A DNA stretch of 64,000 nt from Octopus vulgaris (lineage: Eukaryota): assembly GCA_951406725.2 (NCBI GenBank), contig OX597817.1, positions 68,820,001 to 68,884,000 on the forward strand, given 5' to 3'. Shown one piece after another: positions 24,597 to 38,787 of this stretch. Made by a program: the position numbers and the translations under genes. Below the pieces are notes generated by a model. It was not told the origin of the DNA. It ran no database searches and saw only the letters and a list, made by a program, of their open reading frames with translations. Within the stretch, counting starts at the first letter, position 1. The number at the start of each line of letters is the position of its first letter.

Positions 24597-25061
24597 AGGC
24601 AGTGATCTCACAGAATCGTCAGCACAAAATGCTTCAAAGCATTTCGTTTGTCTTTACATTCTGAGTTCAAATTCTTTTGAGGTTGACTTTGCCTTTTATC
24701 CTTTTGGTGGGAATAAAAAATGTACCAGTTGGGCACTGGGGATCGATCTAAATGACTTACCCACTCCCCTGAAATTGGTGGTCTTGTACGAAAAATTAAA
24801 CCGTTAAGGCAGCGAGCTGGCAGAAACATTAACATGCCGGGCGAAATGCTTAGCAGTATTTCGCCTGCCGCTACATTCTGAGTTCAAATTCTGCCGAGGT
24901 CGACTTTGCCTTTCATCCTTTTAGGGTCGATTAGATAAGTACCAGTTACGCACTGGGGTCGATAAAATTGACTTAATCCGTTTGTCTGTCCTTGTTTGTC
25001 CTCTCTGTGTTTAGCTCCTTATGGGTAGTAAAGAAAAAGGTCTTGTACCAAAATTTGAAAC
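24597..25061 (+). mobile_element. SINE B nested in the tail of another SINE B
   Basis: The inner copy (24807-25038) is flanked by duplicated ggtcttgtac..aaaatt..aaac (24780-24801 and 25039-25061). Confidence 0.8.
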
Positions 25062-25444
25062 AAATAATATTGCTTGTATGATGGAGATTGCTTTTATCTT
25101 TTACTTATTTCAGTCATTAGACTGTGATCATGCTGGAGTACTGCCTTGAAAATAATGATTTCAAATTTGGGCATGAGGCCAGCAATTTTAGGGTTGGGTG
25201 CTAAGTTGATTAAATTGACCCCAGTGTTCAACTGGTACTTATTTTATGAATCCCAAAAGAATGAAAGGCAAAGCTGACTTCGGTAGCATTTGAACTCAGA
25301 ATATATAGACAGAAGAAATGCTGCTAAGCAGTTTTGTCCAGTGCACTAATGATTCAACTAATTCACCACCTTAAAGAATTCTCTTACAACAATTGCATGA
25401 TATTAAGGCTATGGGGTTTCATGAACACACATACACATACACTA

Positions 25445-25607
25445 GGCGCAGGAGTGGCTGTGTGGTAAGTAGCTTGCTAACCAACCACATGGCTCCGGGT
25501 TCAGTCCCACTGCGTGGCATCTTGGGCAAGTGTCTTCTGCTATAGCCCTGGGCCGACCAATGCCTTGTGAGTGGATTTGGTAGACGGAAACTGAAAGAAG
25601 CCTGTCG

Positions 25608-25656
<49 letters not shown>

Positions 25657-25850
25657 GTTTGTCCCCCTAGCATTGCTTGACAACCGATGCTGGTGTGTTT
25701 ACGTCCCCGTCACTTAGCGGTTCGGCAAAAGAGACCGATAGAATAAATACTGGGCTTACAAAGAATAAGTCCCGGGGTCGATTTGCTCGACTAAAGGCAG
25801 TGCTCCAGCATGGCCGCAGTCAAATGACTGAAACAAGTAAAAGAGTAAAA
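25445..25850 (+). mobile_element. Young full-length SINE family A
   Basis: Complete head, internal (TA)n(TG)n, and tail ...gactgaaacaagtaaaagagtaaaa. CpGs are retained. Confidence 0.93.
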
Positions 25851-26494
25851 GCAGAGTATATGCTCATAAATATGATGGGCTTCTTTCAGCTTCCATTGAC
25901 CAAATCTCCCGACAAGGCATTGATTAGCTCAGAGCCAGAGTACAACACATTTACCCAAGTTGCCATGCAAAAGAACTGAACCCAAATCCTTGTGGCTGGG
26001 AAGTAAGCTTCCTAACTACCAAACCATGCTGTAAGGTTCAAGAAGAGTGAAGTGAGTTGCTTTAACCCTTTCACATTCAAATTTTTCTGCCAAACATAAT
26101 GATTATTCATTCATATTGTTTTAAATTAATAATGCATTATTTTCATTATTTACATTATTTATATTTGACAGGTATTTGTCCTCATCTTGTTTGTTGCTAA
26201 CACAACGTTTTGGCTGATATACCCTCCAGCCTTCAACTTGGGAAAATTTTGAACCTGGGTTCTCATTCCTAAGGTATTTTTCATTGTTGTTGTTGTGCGT
26301 GTGTGTATACACACACACACATATATAAAAACAGAATTGTATCAAATAAAGGACAGAAAAGTGTTGAATACATGTAGAGAGTAAGGGAAATTGAAATTGC
26401 GTGTCATGATGGCATGAAACTCAAGTTGTAAGACATCTGTGTGTGGTGTGTATGTGTGTGAAAGAGAGAGTGTGTGTGAGAGTGTGCGTATGTG

Positions 26495-26531
<37 letters not shown>

Positions 26532-27525
26532 ATGGTCATTTGTCCAGCATGCCTAATGAGTCATCAACACTGTCCAGTACAATAAGAAATGTGAAACCAA
26601 TGGTAACTTTCTGACCAGTTATGGCCATAACCAAGAATAAACTACTCAAATACATAAAAGTATATGTGTATGCACACTCACACACACACATACACACACA
26701 CAAACACATCCATACATATGTATGTATGCATGAATGCTACTTGCATGTGTATGCATTTTATGTGTATGTATGTGTCTTTGTATACCAGTGTAGTATAAAC
26801 TTTGTATGGTATTTACTTCCTAAGCAAAGGCAATTCCTTAAAAAGAGAAATATTTCATGATAAATGACAAACTCAAAATACTAAAGGGCATAGATCAATA
26901 GAATGTATATTAGACGAAATTATAAATCGACCAAAACCCTTAAAATCTGATGTAGTATTAAAGACCAAAACCAACAAAAGGTTAAAAAGTGAAATCATAA
27001 TCGTAATACCTGACCAAATGAATACTTTTACTCAGTTGCGTTTATGTTAAGATAATTCTGTATATATTTCTCTACATATCCTATTGAATATTTATAGAGA
27101 AAATAAATAATTCAGAGACACTATTTATTTCAAAGCAAACAATGTGTTAGTGTTAATATATTTGGTGTTTGTCAGGACATATATATTTCATGATAACTTG
27201 AAATAAATATGCAATGACAGAAAACTTGATTTTAAATCAATGACTAATACCTTTGTTTTAATGTCCACTTCTCTAAGCTTGCAAGATCAGACACAATTTG
27301 CTGAAGCAGTTTTTCTGCAGCTGGATACCCTTCCTGTCATCAACCCTCTCCTTTTTTTTCTCAGCAAGGTAACATTTTCATATTTTTCTTTGGCCAGACA
27401 TGTTTTCATTGAATATTGGAAATGAATAACACTACTCTTGTCTGGCAGTGACACTCATTTACAGCTGGCATGCAAAATCAAGGCAAGGAGATACAAACAC
27501 ATTCACAAATGCATACACGCACACG

Positions 27526-27666
<141 letters not shown>

Positions 27667-27825
27667 TGAAAGAGTACAATATGGGTTGCCACCACCCTCT
27701 GCCAGAGCCTTGTGGAGCTTTCAGGTGTTTTCCCTCAATAAACACACACAATACCCGGTCTGGGAATCAAAACAGTGATCCCTCGACGGCGAGTCCGCTA
27801 CCCAAACCACTGGGCCATTGCGCCT

Positions 27826-27873
<48 letters not shown>

Positions 27874-28440
27874 AAAGAGAGAGAGAGAGTTTACTGTTCT
27901 GTTAAGGTAAGATCAACAACAAAAAAGTACTCCACCCAGTGAAAGATAAATATTATTTAATGTACACAGTATAACTAATAATGTCATGTATTGGAGACAT
28001 GATTCTAGACAGGTTTGTATAACATGCCTTGTGTCTCCAAGCAATCTTTGGGTTCTGTGCACATGGCCTATTCAGTTTATAAGTCAGGACACTGGAACAA
28101 GAGAAATCACAAGAAAAAATGAGATGCAGGTAGATTCTATATAATTTGGTAGACAAAAGATTAAAGAGCCAGTCTTGTGTGTGTGTGTGCTTGACATTTA
28201 CTTATATATATACATATATATGTTACTGAAGTGATCAAAGGGCACTAATCAGGACCAGTTTTGCTAGAAATAAAAGTCAAAACAATTCAAAAGCCACAGA
28301 AGCACTATCGTAATAAGCTAATAAGGGAGACAAGCTCCCTACAGTTATAAATATAGCCAGATCATCGATGATTTTGCATTTTGAAGCTTAACACAATGCC
28401 CATCAGTGGCTCTCACTATGCCTAGGGTTAAACCCATCTC

Positions 28441-28484
<44 letters not shown>

Positions 28485-28761
28485 GAGAAGATAGCCGTAG
28501 GAAGCAAAGAGCTTAATGGAATGGTATTTTAAGTTTGTCTAATTTTTTGTTATTATCCATGTATATAATTTTTGTTTTTTCCTCTCCCCCTTCCAATTCA
28601 TTTTGGCTACCATTACCAATCTTAGCAAACCAGTTTTTTTTTTCTAATTAAATTTCCAAAATATTTTAGTTTTTTTCTCTTTGATGGTATCTGATAAAAT
28701 TGCTTTTGTTTTTGCCATTTATAGTACTTTGTCATTGGTTTTGTATTCAAACCACAATATC

Positions 28762-28950
28762 ATCATTATCATCATCATCATCATCGTTTAACATGCCAGC
28801 ATAGGTTGGACGATTTTGACTGAGGGCTGGCAAACCAGACGGCTGCACCAGACTCCAATCTTGATCTGGCAGAATTTCCACAGCCGGATGCTCTTCCTAA
28901 CACCAACCACTCCGAGAGTGTAGTGGATGCTTTGTACATGCCACCGAAGC
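28762..28950 (-). mobile_element. Repeat family D copy
   Basis: (CAT)n-cgtttaac...ggttggacg...cggatgctcttcctaacaccaaccactccgagagtg. Confidence 0.8.
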
Positions 28951-29073
28951 CAACCTGGCAACATGAAAATATGTAGGGAGAAAGCACCCTGAAGATGTTA
29001 AAAGGGCAATGCCCCCAAACACACCAGGCTCTCCCTGTTGCACTACACCATAGTGTGTCTCTCTCTCTAGTGA

Positions 29074-29290
29074 CCGCCACCACCACCACCACAGCCACAG
29101 CTTTCACCACCACAGTCACAGCTTCCACCACCACAGCCACAGCTTCCATCACCACAGCCACAGCTTCCACCACCACAGCCACAGCTTCCACCACCACAGC
29201 CACAGCTTCCCCCACCACAACCACAGCTTCCACCACCACAGCTTCCACCGCCACAGCCACAGCTTCTACCACCACCACCACCACCACCAT
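29074..29290. repeat. 21-bp minisatellite (accaccacagccacagcttcc)n
   Basis: About nine diverged tandem units. It is the source of the T/A-rich and V/E/A-rich ORFs. Confidence 0.9.
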
Positions 29291-29991
29291 GGCAACTACC
29301 ATCATCATCCATCAGCTATGTCATACACAATGAGGAACACAACACATAACTTGTTCCTTCATCAGTGTCATAAGTTCATTAACTGTTGTGGCAATACTCT
29401 CTTCTTTTATCAGGTTCTTGCCTATGGTTTTGGAAACACACCCATGGATCATGAAGCCTACACTAATCATAATGCCGATCCTATCACCAGAACCCCACCA
29501 ATTCTAATCCCAGAAAATTGATATACAGATGTTCAAACTAAACTGAATATTCACCACATCATTAATCTCATTAGCACAAGAGGACCTTCAAAGGGTCATC
29601 ACATAGCTCCTTATTTATGATTAATCCATATAACAAAAGGGGACAAGGACCGAATCAAGGATACATGGAATCGGAATAAGTTGATGAGATTAATAGCATA
29701 GGAATCTTGAAAATTGACAATAATTCATCTTGAAATGTAAATATGTAGATTCTTAAAATTTAATATAACAAAGTCATTTATAATAAGCTCACATATATAT
29801 GAGAATATTACCATTAATACATGCATAAATGTATGTGTATATATGCATGTGTGTGTGTGTGTGTGTGTGTATGTGAGAGAGAGTATGTTTTGTTTGTGAT
29901 ATGAATATGTGGTTGGGAGGATAAAATGTAAACTGTTAATATATATGTACATATTCATATGTTTGTGTGAGTGTCAGTTTTCTTATCTGTA

Positions 29992-30028
<37 letters not shown>

Positions 30029-32154
30029 GATTGGAGTATAAAATGTACTGTTCAATTAGATGCTTACACTCAAATGCATATACATGCAGATGTGTATGTG
30101 TGTGTGTGTGTGCATATGTGCATGTATTCTTATCTGTATATGCATATTGATTAGAATATAAAATATCAATTATTCATTCATGTATATATCTGCTTACACA
30201 TATGTGCATATGCAAGTATGTCCATATGCATGTATGTGCATATGCATGTATGCACATAAGTGTGTGTTACATTTATTCTGTTACTGGTTTTAGTTCTTGA
30301 ACTGCTGCCATGCTGGAGCAGTGCCATTAAGGAACTTAGTTGATTACATTATGTTGTCTCATACTTAATTCATCCTCATGTCCTAGACGGACCAAAGAAA
30401 AAATGGGGGAGGGAACATTACAAAAGAGAGATAACTCAGCCAAACATAACCAGGTGACAGTTCCTGAGCTTACCATAAAAGAAGGGTTGTCTTTAGACAT
30501 ACTTTCACAGTTTGCCATCTACAAAATTCCACTAATAGCCAGACTGAGGCTATGGTAAACGACAATGTTCCATACAGTGGTACTGAAACAGAAACCATGT
30601 TTTAATCACACATCTATTTCTGCTCTCAAATGTATGTGTTGGACTGAGTGAGAGACAGTTTCTGTATGTTAGTTATAATGTTTAATGAAAAACTATACAT
30701 ACCACCTGCCCTAAACAATAATCCCGATTTGACTTTATACAAACAAGTGAAAAAAGACATTTTGTGGGACGCATATTTGTGAATGTGTGCATGTGAATTG
30801 TTTTGTAGCTTAACCCCAGGTCAAATCAGATCAGGGAAACCTATGATTAAATACATCCAAACCATTACCATCCGATCATTATTTTCTATTGTCAAGAAAT
30901 TAGTAATTACACCATCTAATGTGTCCTTCATTAAGATGGTAGAGTAGCATTTGAAGGAGAGTTAACTGTTATTTCTAGCAGATCAAGCAATCCCATAGAA
31001 TCTTTAGTGAGCTTGTGTGTGTCTGTCTGAGTATAGTGTGTGTGGATATGCAGTCATGAAAGGGAAAGAGGGTGTCTATGTAGAATGTGTATTTGTATAG
31101 AATATAGAATGTATGTATGCATACATATATAGAATGTCTGTGTATATAGACTATAATTTGTATGTGCATACATCCACATACAAATTTACCTTCATATTTT
31201 ACATGTCCATATAACTGGGTATAAATGAACATATTTTTTATATTTTTTACTTGTTACAGTCATTGGACTGCAGCCAAGCAAGGACATTAAGGTAAGGTAA
31301 AGTTTCCTCCTTGAGTCATACCGATTCATAAGGGTTGGTTTCCTAGTTTCCACGATGTACAAATTCCCCTTCTGGAGTGAGCACTGGTCCATTGCAGGAT
31401 TATTCATTTTTTCCAGCTGAGTGGACAGAGACAATGTGAAATGAAGTGTTTTGCTCAAGAACACAATGTATTGCCTGCTCCTGGAATTGAAACCACAATC
31501 TTACAAACATGAGTTATATTAGAAAACTACAGTGGGATTGAACCCTGGAACTATATTGATTCGGAAACAAACAACTTACCACATAGCCACGCCTCATAAA
31601 CCGTACCCAAGTATGTGTCCATGGGTGTTATGTTATGTGTTTATAGTGTTTATAGTACATATTAAACACAGCTCTGTTCTATCATTTCAATACATCCATT
31701 TTAATAGGAGACAATAAAAAGATAATCACAGATTTCCCTTCGTCACCATCACCACTTCCTTTTTTCCACCTCCTCCATGCATATCTCTTCCTCTGCCAAT
31801 CCTCCGTCCCATGGCCACTTCTCTTCCTCATCATTATCATCAGTATCATAAGATTTTGCTCATTAACTACTGACAAAGAAATTAAAAATCATTTCATTTC
31901 TTTTTCCCCCTCCGTGTTGCTTTCATCTTTGCACCTTTTTCTCTTTATTTTTTTTTTGCTTTGCTATTATTTTTGTTGTCGTTGCAGTTGCGGTTGTGGT
32001 TGCAGCAAGTTAATGCATCGTCAACATCATCACACTTTTCTTGGTAATTCATTATATATTGTAATTAGTCGTTATTTATTAATACAATTCGGAATCGATT
32101 AACACTTTCCCCTTCTCCGATCAAAGACTGATGGTTTATTCAGCATTGCATTCC

Positions 32155-32705
32155 GCCACCACCACCACCACCACCACCACCACCATTACCACCAATGCTA
32201 TTGCCACTGCCATCACCAACACCACCATTATCACAACCCTACCATCACCACCATCACCACCACCATCGCTACCACCACCTCCGTTTACATAACATCACAA
32301 CTACACCACCCATCATCATTACTATTACAACTGTTACCACCATTACCACCTTCACCATTATCATGACCACCGACACCATCGCCGTCACCAACATTACCAC
32401 CACCACCACCACCACCACCACCATTGCTACCACCAACACAACCACCAGTACCACCACTGCCAATACCCCTAGCACCACCACCACCACCACCACCACCACC
32501 ATTGCTATCACCAACACGACCACCAGTATCACCACTGCCAATACCCCTACCGCCGCCGCCACCACCACCATCACCACCACCACTACCACCAATGCCGCCA
32601 CCAGCAGCACCATCACTTTTGCCATCGTCTTTACCACATTCACCACCATCAACACCACTACAGTTACTACAATCACTACCTACCGTCCCCACCACCCTCG
32701 CTACC
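32155..32705. repeat. Degenerate (ACC)n low-complexity tract with an internal duplication
   Basis: accattgcta..accaacac..ccaccagta..accactgccaataccccta occurs twice. It is open in several frames on both strands. Confidence 0.9.
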
Positions 32706-32899
32706 CTCATCTAACCCAAACATGCACTTGAATGCAACAAAAACAACAACAACAATAATTAACAACGTAACAACAACAGCTGCAACGACAACCACAAGAA
32801 CAAGAACAGCAATGGTGATAACAGCAGCAACAGGCAAATTGGAAAGATTTCATACATAGAACGATCTGAGTTCCTAATCTACTCATTACCATTAATCTC

Positions 32900-33026
32900 A
32901 TAATTAACTTCTAGCAGTAGAAAGATAATCAGTGACTTCGTACCATAAAATGCCAACAGATACATTGTTAATTAACTAATTACTGGAACTTCTTTTTATA
33001 TTAATTTTTTTTTTTTTTACATTTAA

Positions 33027-33076
<50 letters not shown>

Positions 33077-33202
33077 GTTATTATTATTATTATTTCAATA
33101 TGTTACTAGATTAAAATTATGTGTTGTAACAAGAGATCAGATTGTGAAAAGAAATAGAAAAACTAAAAAGAAAGCACGAAGAATTATTTTATTATTACTA
33201 TG

Positions 33203-33246
<44 letters not shown>

Positions 33247-33720
33247 ACAATTTCATGCAAGTCACTAATGTACTACAAAGTGCACCTGCATACTTTTGCC
33301 GTTTGTGCAAGTGCGTGTGTGTGTGTGTGTGTGTATGTGTGTATGCAGTACTATTGTCTGGGATTGTCAAGTTGCGTTTGTCTACTAAATCAGTTAACAT
33401 TTTCCTTTTTCGATGGATTGTTTTGCGGGTTTTTTTCTCATTTTTTTTTTTTACATTTTTGCTTTATTTCTGTGTTACTCTTAATGTTTTGGCACTTAGT
33501 TGCATGGAATATGTGTCAGGTGAGAGATGTGCTGTTGTGTTCGATTCGATGGTGATTGTGTTCTGTGCAAGTTGTGGTGTGCGTTATGTGTTCTTGTGTC
33601 TGCCGGGTGGTAGTAATCATGTACGCTTAAACACGATGTGAATTATATCTCATACATGTCAGGCGGTGATTGCATTGCACACTGGGGAATTTTTAATGTG
33701 TTTCACTGTTGGATTTTTAT
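32900..33720 (-). promoter_or_regulatory. Candidate promoter / 5' region (CpG-retaining, TE-free unique DNA)
   Basis: By eye, CpGs in non-repeat sequence are more frequent across ~31.9-33.7 kb than elsewhere, there are no SINEs, and the minus strand is A/C-rich and leader-like. Orientation is inferred. Confidence 0.35.
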
Positions 33721-34319
33721 TGTTTTTTTTTAAATTTTTCTATTTTTTTATTTTATGAATTTTGTTATTTAATTATCTCACTGAGAAACTGACAAGAGAC
33801 CGGGAGATGTGGCAATTTGCATCAAGCTAAGTAAAATCACTATCTTCCACATACAGAGGTTTGTCCTTTCAGGTGTCGGTGCGACTTAATAAGCACCCAT
33901 GCTGGTACAGCATTAATGCACCTGTGCTGGTCTTGCATAAATGCACCCATGCTATTGGTGCATAAAAAGCACCCAGCACACACAGTAAAGTGGTTGGCAT
34001 TAGAAAGGGCATCCAGCTATAGAAATCATGATACAATAGACAATTGGAGTCTGGATAGTTCCCAGTTGGCCATTTTCATGTTAAACTGTGCAAACCATAC
34101 CAGAATAAAAAATGTTAAACAATGGTGGTTGCTAGATTTGAAGGAAGGGTTAATGCTTAGTGGCCAAAGCCAGCTCTCCAAGACTGGTGCCAGAGTGATG
34201 GTGCTAATAGTCCACTTAAACTATTGTAAGTCAAAGGCTGCAGGAAGAAGGCATGAGCAGAAAAAGAACTCCAGAAGGCTAATGTCATTGTGAGGAGTAA
34301 TTAGGTGCAGTTGGCATCC

Positions 34320-34962
34320 TTTTTTTGTCTTTGGAGACAATGGAGTTGCACATAAAATTATCTAGTCTGGCTTTTACATTTCATGTCCTAATACATCTCC
34401 TGCTGTGGCTGTGTAGTCCTATCCTGGACAAACACTCCCTCTGGCAGGTGCCGCAAATGTAGTGAAGACTTTGCCTGGCTGGTTGTAATGTCATACTTTC
34501 TTGTTGACGTCTTTTCTTGTCTTTCCATTTCTCCTCTCTCTCTATGTCACTCTTTGTGTTCCCTCTTTTACGGTATATTGCCAATCTCCACGGTTGCTGG
34601 CAACTGCTTTCCAGTTGCTAATATCGATGTTGCAGGCCTTCATGTCCCTTTTTCAAATATCTTTGTATTGTAAGAACGGTCTTCCCACAGACCTAGTGCC
34701 CCCAGTAAGCTCTCCGTAGAGTATGTCCTTGGGAATTCTGCCATCTTCTATGTGGCTAACATGTCCAAGCCATCTCATACGTCTTTGTGTGAGGAGTGCA
34801 AACATGCTTGGTATTCCTGCTTGCTTGAGGACATCTTTGTTGAGGATATGATTCTGCCATTTGAGGCCAAGGATTTTCTGGAGGCAGCACAGGTGAAAGA
34901 TATTTAGGCGATGCTCTTGGCATGTGTATGGCATCCAAGTTTCACTTCCATACAGTGCAGTG
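34320..34962 (-). mobile_element. RTE-clade (BovB-like) LINE, 5'-truncated 3' end
   Basis: LYGSETW...HRLNIFHLCCLQKILGLKWQ...RRMRWLGHVSHIEDGRIPKDILYGEL...GRP, and the terminal C2H2-like YICGTCQRECLSRIGLHSHSRRC. Confidence 0.93.
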
Positions 34963-36844
34963 ATTAGTGCAGAATACAAGGGTAAGACACATGAAGAAGG
35001 ATAGGAGGAGGAGGGATGAATGAGTTGGAAGTGCCTGACTGGAAGTGGTCTGAAACTATGAGATCCGCCAGAGCCAAAGAACAGAGACAATTATAGAAGC
35101 AGTAGAAAACAGCAGAGAGAGGAAACAGCATGGCTGTGGTTCAGAGGCTGGGGTATGTCTGTAAGTGATTGGATGCCATACAATTGAGTGACCATTCTCT
35201 GGGTGCAGTTAAAGATGTCTACAGATATGTAGTAACACTGTCCAAGATGTGGGAGCAACACTCCAATCTGAGTCTCACGTGAACTTTGTAGAGGATCATT
35301 TAGTATTTGGGTTAAAAAATTATGTGACACTGAAGAGAAAGACCAATCTTTGAGATGTGGTTCTATGTTAATGATGAACCCTCATAATAAGAAATTCACA
35401 GTAATGGTAAGGCCTAGTTTAGATAACATTCCCAATAGGTGTGATGATGTTTTGTTAATATGAACAGTGATAGTATTTTCTGATTTTGAAAGAGAGAAGC
35501 TTGGTATGACTCCATTAGAGGATATTGTTTACCTTTTACTTGTGTCAGTCATTGGGCTGTGGCCATGCTGGGGCACCTTGAAGAATTTTAGTCAATTGGA
35601 TCAAGACCAGTACTTATTTTTATAAGTTTGGTTCTTATTCTGTTAGTCTCTTTGTTGAATTCCTAAGTTTACAGGGATGTAAACACACCAATACTGGTTG
35701 TCAAGCAATGTCAGAGGACAAACACAGACACAAAGACACACACACATATTTTCGGCTTCTTTCAGTTTCTGTCTTCCAAATCTGCTCACAAGGCTTTGAT
35801 CAGCCTGAGGTTATAGTAGGAGACAGTTGCTCAAGGTATGATGAGAAGGGTCTCAACCTGGAACCATGTCTTCAGAAGATCGGTGCAAGTTTGGCAAGGG
35901 GTGTCTAGGTATAATGTGACAGGTGTTATACTATCAGATGGTGACAGTGTAGAGTAGATGCTCTGTGAGGTGTGTGTGTATATGTATTGTGTAATATTAT
36001 TAGACAACTGTATAGAATAAGAGACATGCGAGTCACTGTTGTTGGCACGTGAGCTGTGTTATAGTATTGAGCATTGATTATAGATTATGGGTAGTTTTAT
36101 CTTATTGGATGATGATTCATGTATTTTATAGTATACAGTGGTTACTGTGTAGGGCACATACAGTAATGATTGTATTGTTGCTGTTGTTATTGTTGTTCAG
36201 TCCTAGTTTAGCTCTGATCTTGCAGAACTCTATGATCAAAAGTATTAGAACCACAAACTTCACATATTTCGAGAAGTATCACTGCTCAATCAGTGATGAC
36301 TTTTGGCTCAGCAACAACGTCTTTTTCATTCAATCTGCTAGAAATAGCAACCAAATGTCTGTCAATCAAACTCTCTCATCTTAAAAATTGAAAGTACACA
36401 TTGGATAATGTTCTCCTTCTGTGTTCTTCTTTAACAACTCTAGTGCTCCAATATTTACTCTAAGTGTTTTTTACTATCATATCTGACATCTTAGTTATTT
36501 ATATCTCACTTAATATTTTATTCCTTTTATTATTTCGGTGACTGGACTGTGGCCATGCTGGGGCAATGCCTTCAAGGATTTAATTGATCAAATCAAACTT
36601 AGTAACTATTTCAGTTCAGTCTGGCCCTTGTTGAAACAATATCTGTTTATCAAATTTTACATTGGTATAAACTTGTGTCCCTCAATCTGTGTTTATGTTT
36701 TTCCTAGCATCACACATGGAAAGAGATAACTGGACATGGCTGTTTTGACACTGAGGATTGGCATGACTGACTGGACATTCAACTGGTTTTGGCACTAGAC
36801 ATGCACATGTACACATGCACACACACACACACAAATACTCCCAG

Positions 36845-37079
36845 AAGGTGGTGAGCTGGCAGAAACGTTAGCATGCTGGGCAAAATGCTTAGCAGCATTT
36901 CGTCTGCCGTTATGTTCTCAGTTCAAATTCTGCCAAGGTTGACTTTGCTTTTCATCCTTTCGGGGTTGTTAAATTAAGTACCATTTATGCACTGGGGTTG
37001 ATGTAATTGACTTAATCCCTTTGTCTGTTCTTGTTTATCCCCTCTGTGTTTAGCCCCTTATGAGCAATAAAGAAATAAG
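36845..37079 (+). mobile_element. SINE family B (tail type 2) with 11-bp TSD
   Basis: TSD aaatactccca at 36833-36843 and 37080-37090. Confidence 0.9.
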
Positions 37080-37181
37080 AAATACTCCCACACATACATA
37101 CATATAGAAATACACACACACATAGAAATACACACATACACACACACACACACAGAAATATACATATATAGAGAATACACT

Positions 37182-37392
37182 TGTGCTGGTGCCACATTAA
37201 AAGCACTGGTGCACCCAGTATACTCTGTAAAGTGGTTGGCATTAGGAAGGGCATCCAACTGCAGAAACCATGCCAGAACAGAAAATGACGCCTTGTGCAA
37301 CCTCTGGCTTTACTAGCTCTTGTCAAACCATCCAAACCATGTCAGCAAGGAAAACAGACATTAAATGATGATGATGATGATGATGATGATGA
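37182..37392 (+). mobile_element. Repeat family D copy
   Basis: gtggttggcattaggaagggcatcc...cattaaat(gat)n. Confidence 0.8.
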
Positions 37393-38000
37393 TTAGAGAG
37401 AATAACAGCAAGGTATTAGACATACATGCCAAAGCAGACACGAAAGCTTGTTGTAGTCTGCAGGTTTGCTAGCTCCTGTTCATTCATCCAACCCATGCCA
37501 GCAAGGAAAATGAACATTAAATGCTGATACTGAGGAGGGTTGGTTAATCTGAAACTATAGTACAAAGTGTGTCATGCAGTGGGGTTGAAACAGGAACTAA
37601 GTGATTAATGCAAAGTGAAATTCTTAACCACACAGCTATGGTTAGAGTTCATATTGATATGTTTAAGTGATTTTGTATGCTTTTTCTCTTTTAGTTATGT
37701 AAACTGATGTAATATTAACTTTGAGCAATATTAACTGATGGAGATAGACTAATCATTAGACTATCTGCAACACAGTAACATAGAGATAATGGTGTTCGAG
37801 AACACATTGGCACCACCACCATCAACAACAACAACAACAACAAAATGAGAATTTTAAATTGTTGGTTAAAAACACAGTTGTGATGATTACAGTGACAAAG
37901 AAGACAAAGATAATGAGGAATGATAAAAATAACTAATTTTGTACGTTGGTGGGTGGTTCTGGAGGAACATTTGTCTGTGAGTGTGTGTGTATACACACAC

Positions 38001-38037
<37 letters not shown>

Positions 38038-38054
38038 TATATGTTCATATCTGT

Positions 38055-38148
<94 letters not shown>

Positions 38149-38281
38149 ATATATATATGCACACATGCATATACATGCATATATATATATATATATATAC
38201 ATTTATATATATACATACATTTGTACATATATATTTATACACATGTATATATATATATATACATATACACACACATACATT

Positions 38282-38325
<44 letters not shown>

Positions 38326-38707
38326 AGGAGAGAAAGAGAGAGAGAAAGAGGAAGAGAGGGAAAGAGAGAGAGATTGAGAGATGGAAACAGATATTTGTAA
38401 ATTCCTCATGCCCCATGCTGCTTGATGCAAACTTGATATATTTTTACAAAATAAATATATTCATAGAAGATTAAGTCAGAAGGTTTGGTTTAGCAGTACT
38501 GCACCAGATTTATAATCCAAATGTATTTACATACACATGCAGTTACACACACACACACATGCACACACAAACATACATGCACATGCATGTGCCCACACAC
38601 CCACACACATATATATATACACAGTGGTAATTACATAAATAGAAAAACAAATATATTTATTGATGGATATAGATGCACCAGGAAACAAATGAATACACAC
38701 ACACACA

Positions 38708-38787
<80 letters not shown>

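Noticed and set aside
25419-25979. Near-identical peptides to ORFs at 46609-47088, suggesting a duplicated gene
   Set aside because: Both are copies of SINE family A.
27991-28040. Short inverted repeat ttggagaca/tgtctccaa near a strong minus-strand acceptor at ~28092
   Set aside because: Only 9-bp arms, no donor site, and no recognisable protein; compatible with chance.
28330-28412. CTGATGG...ctgTA hammerhead-like trace on the minus strand
   Set aside because: Too degenerate; no GAAA or stem II.
29074-29290. CRISPR-like periodicity (also 54500-55120)
   Set aside because: Tandem units without unique spacers, no cas genes, and a eukaryotic context.
32195-32731. Mucin-like Thr-rich and Gly- or Pro-rich ORFs
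   Set aside because: An (ACC)n-derived tract open in four frames on both strands, with no splice or domain evidence.
33590-33690. Possible miRNA or snoRNA
   Set aside because: No convincing hairpin, no recognised mature miRNA, and no box C/D or H/ACA arrangement.
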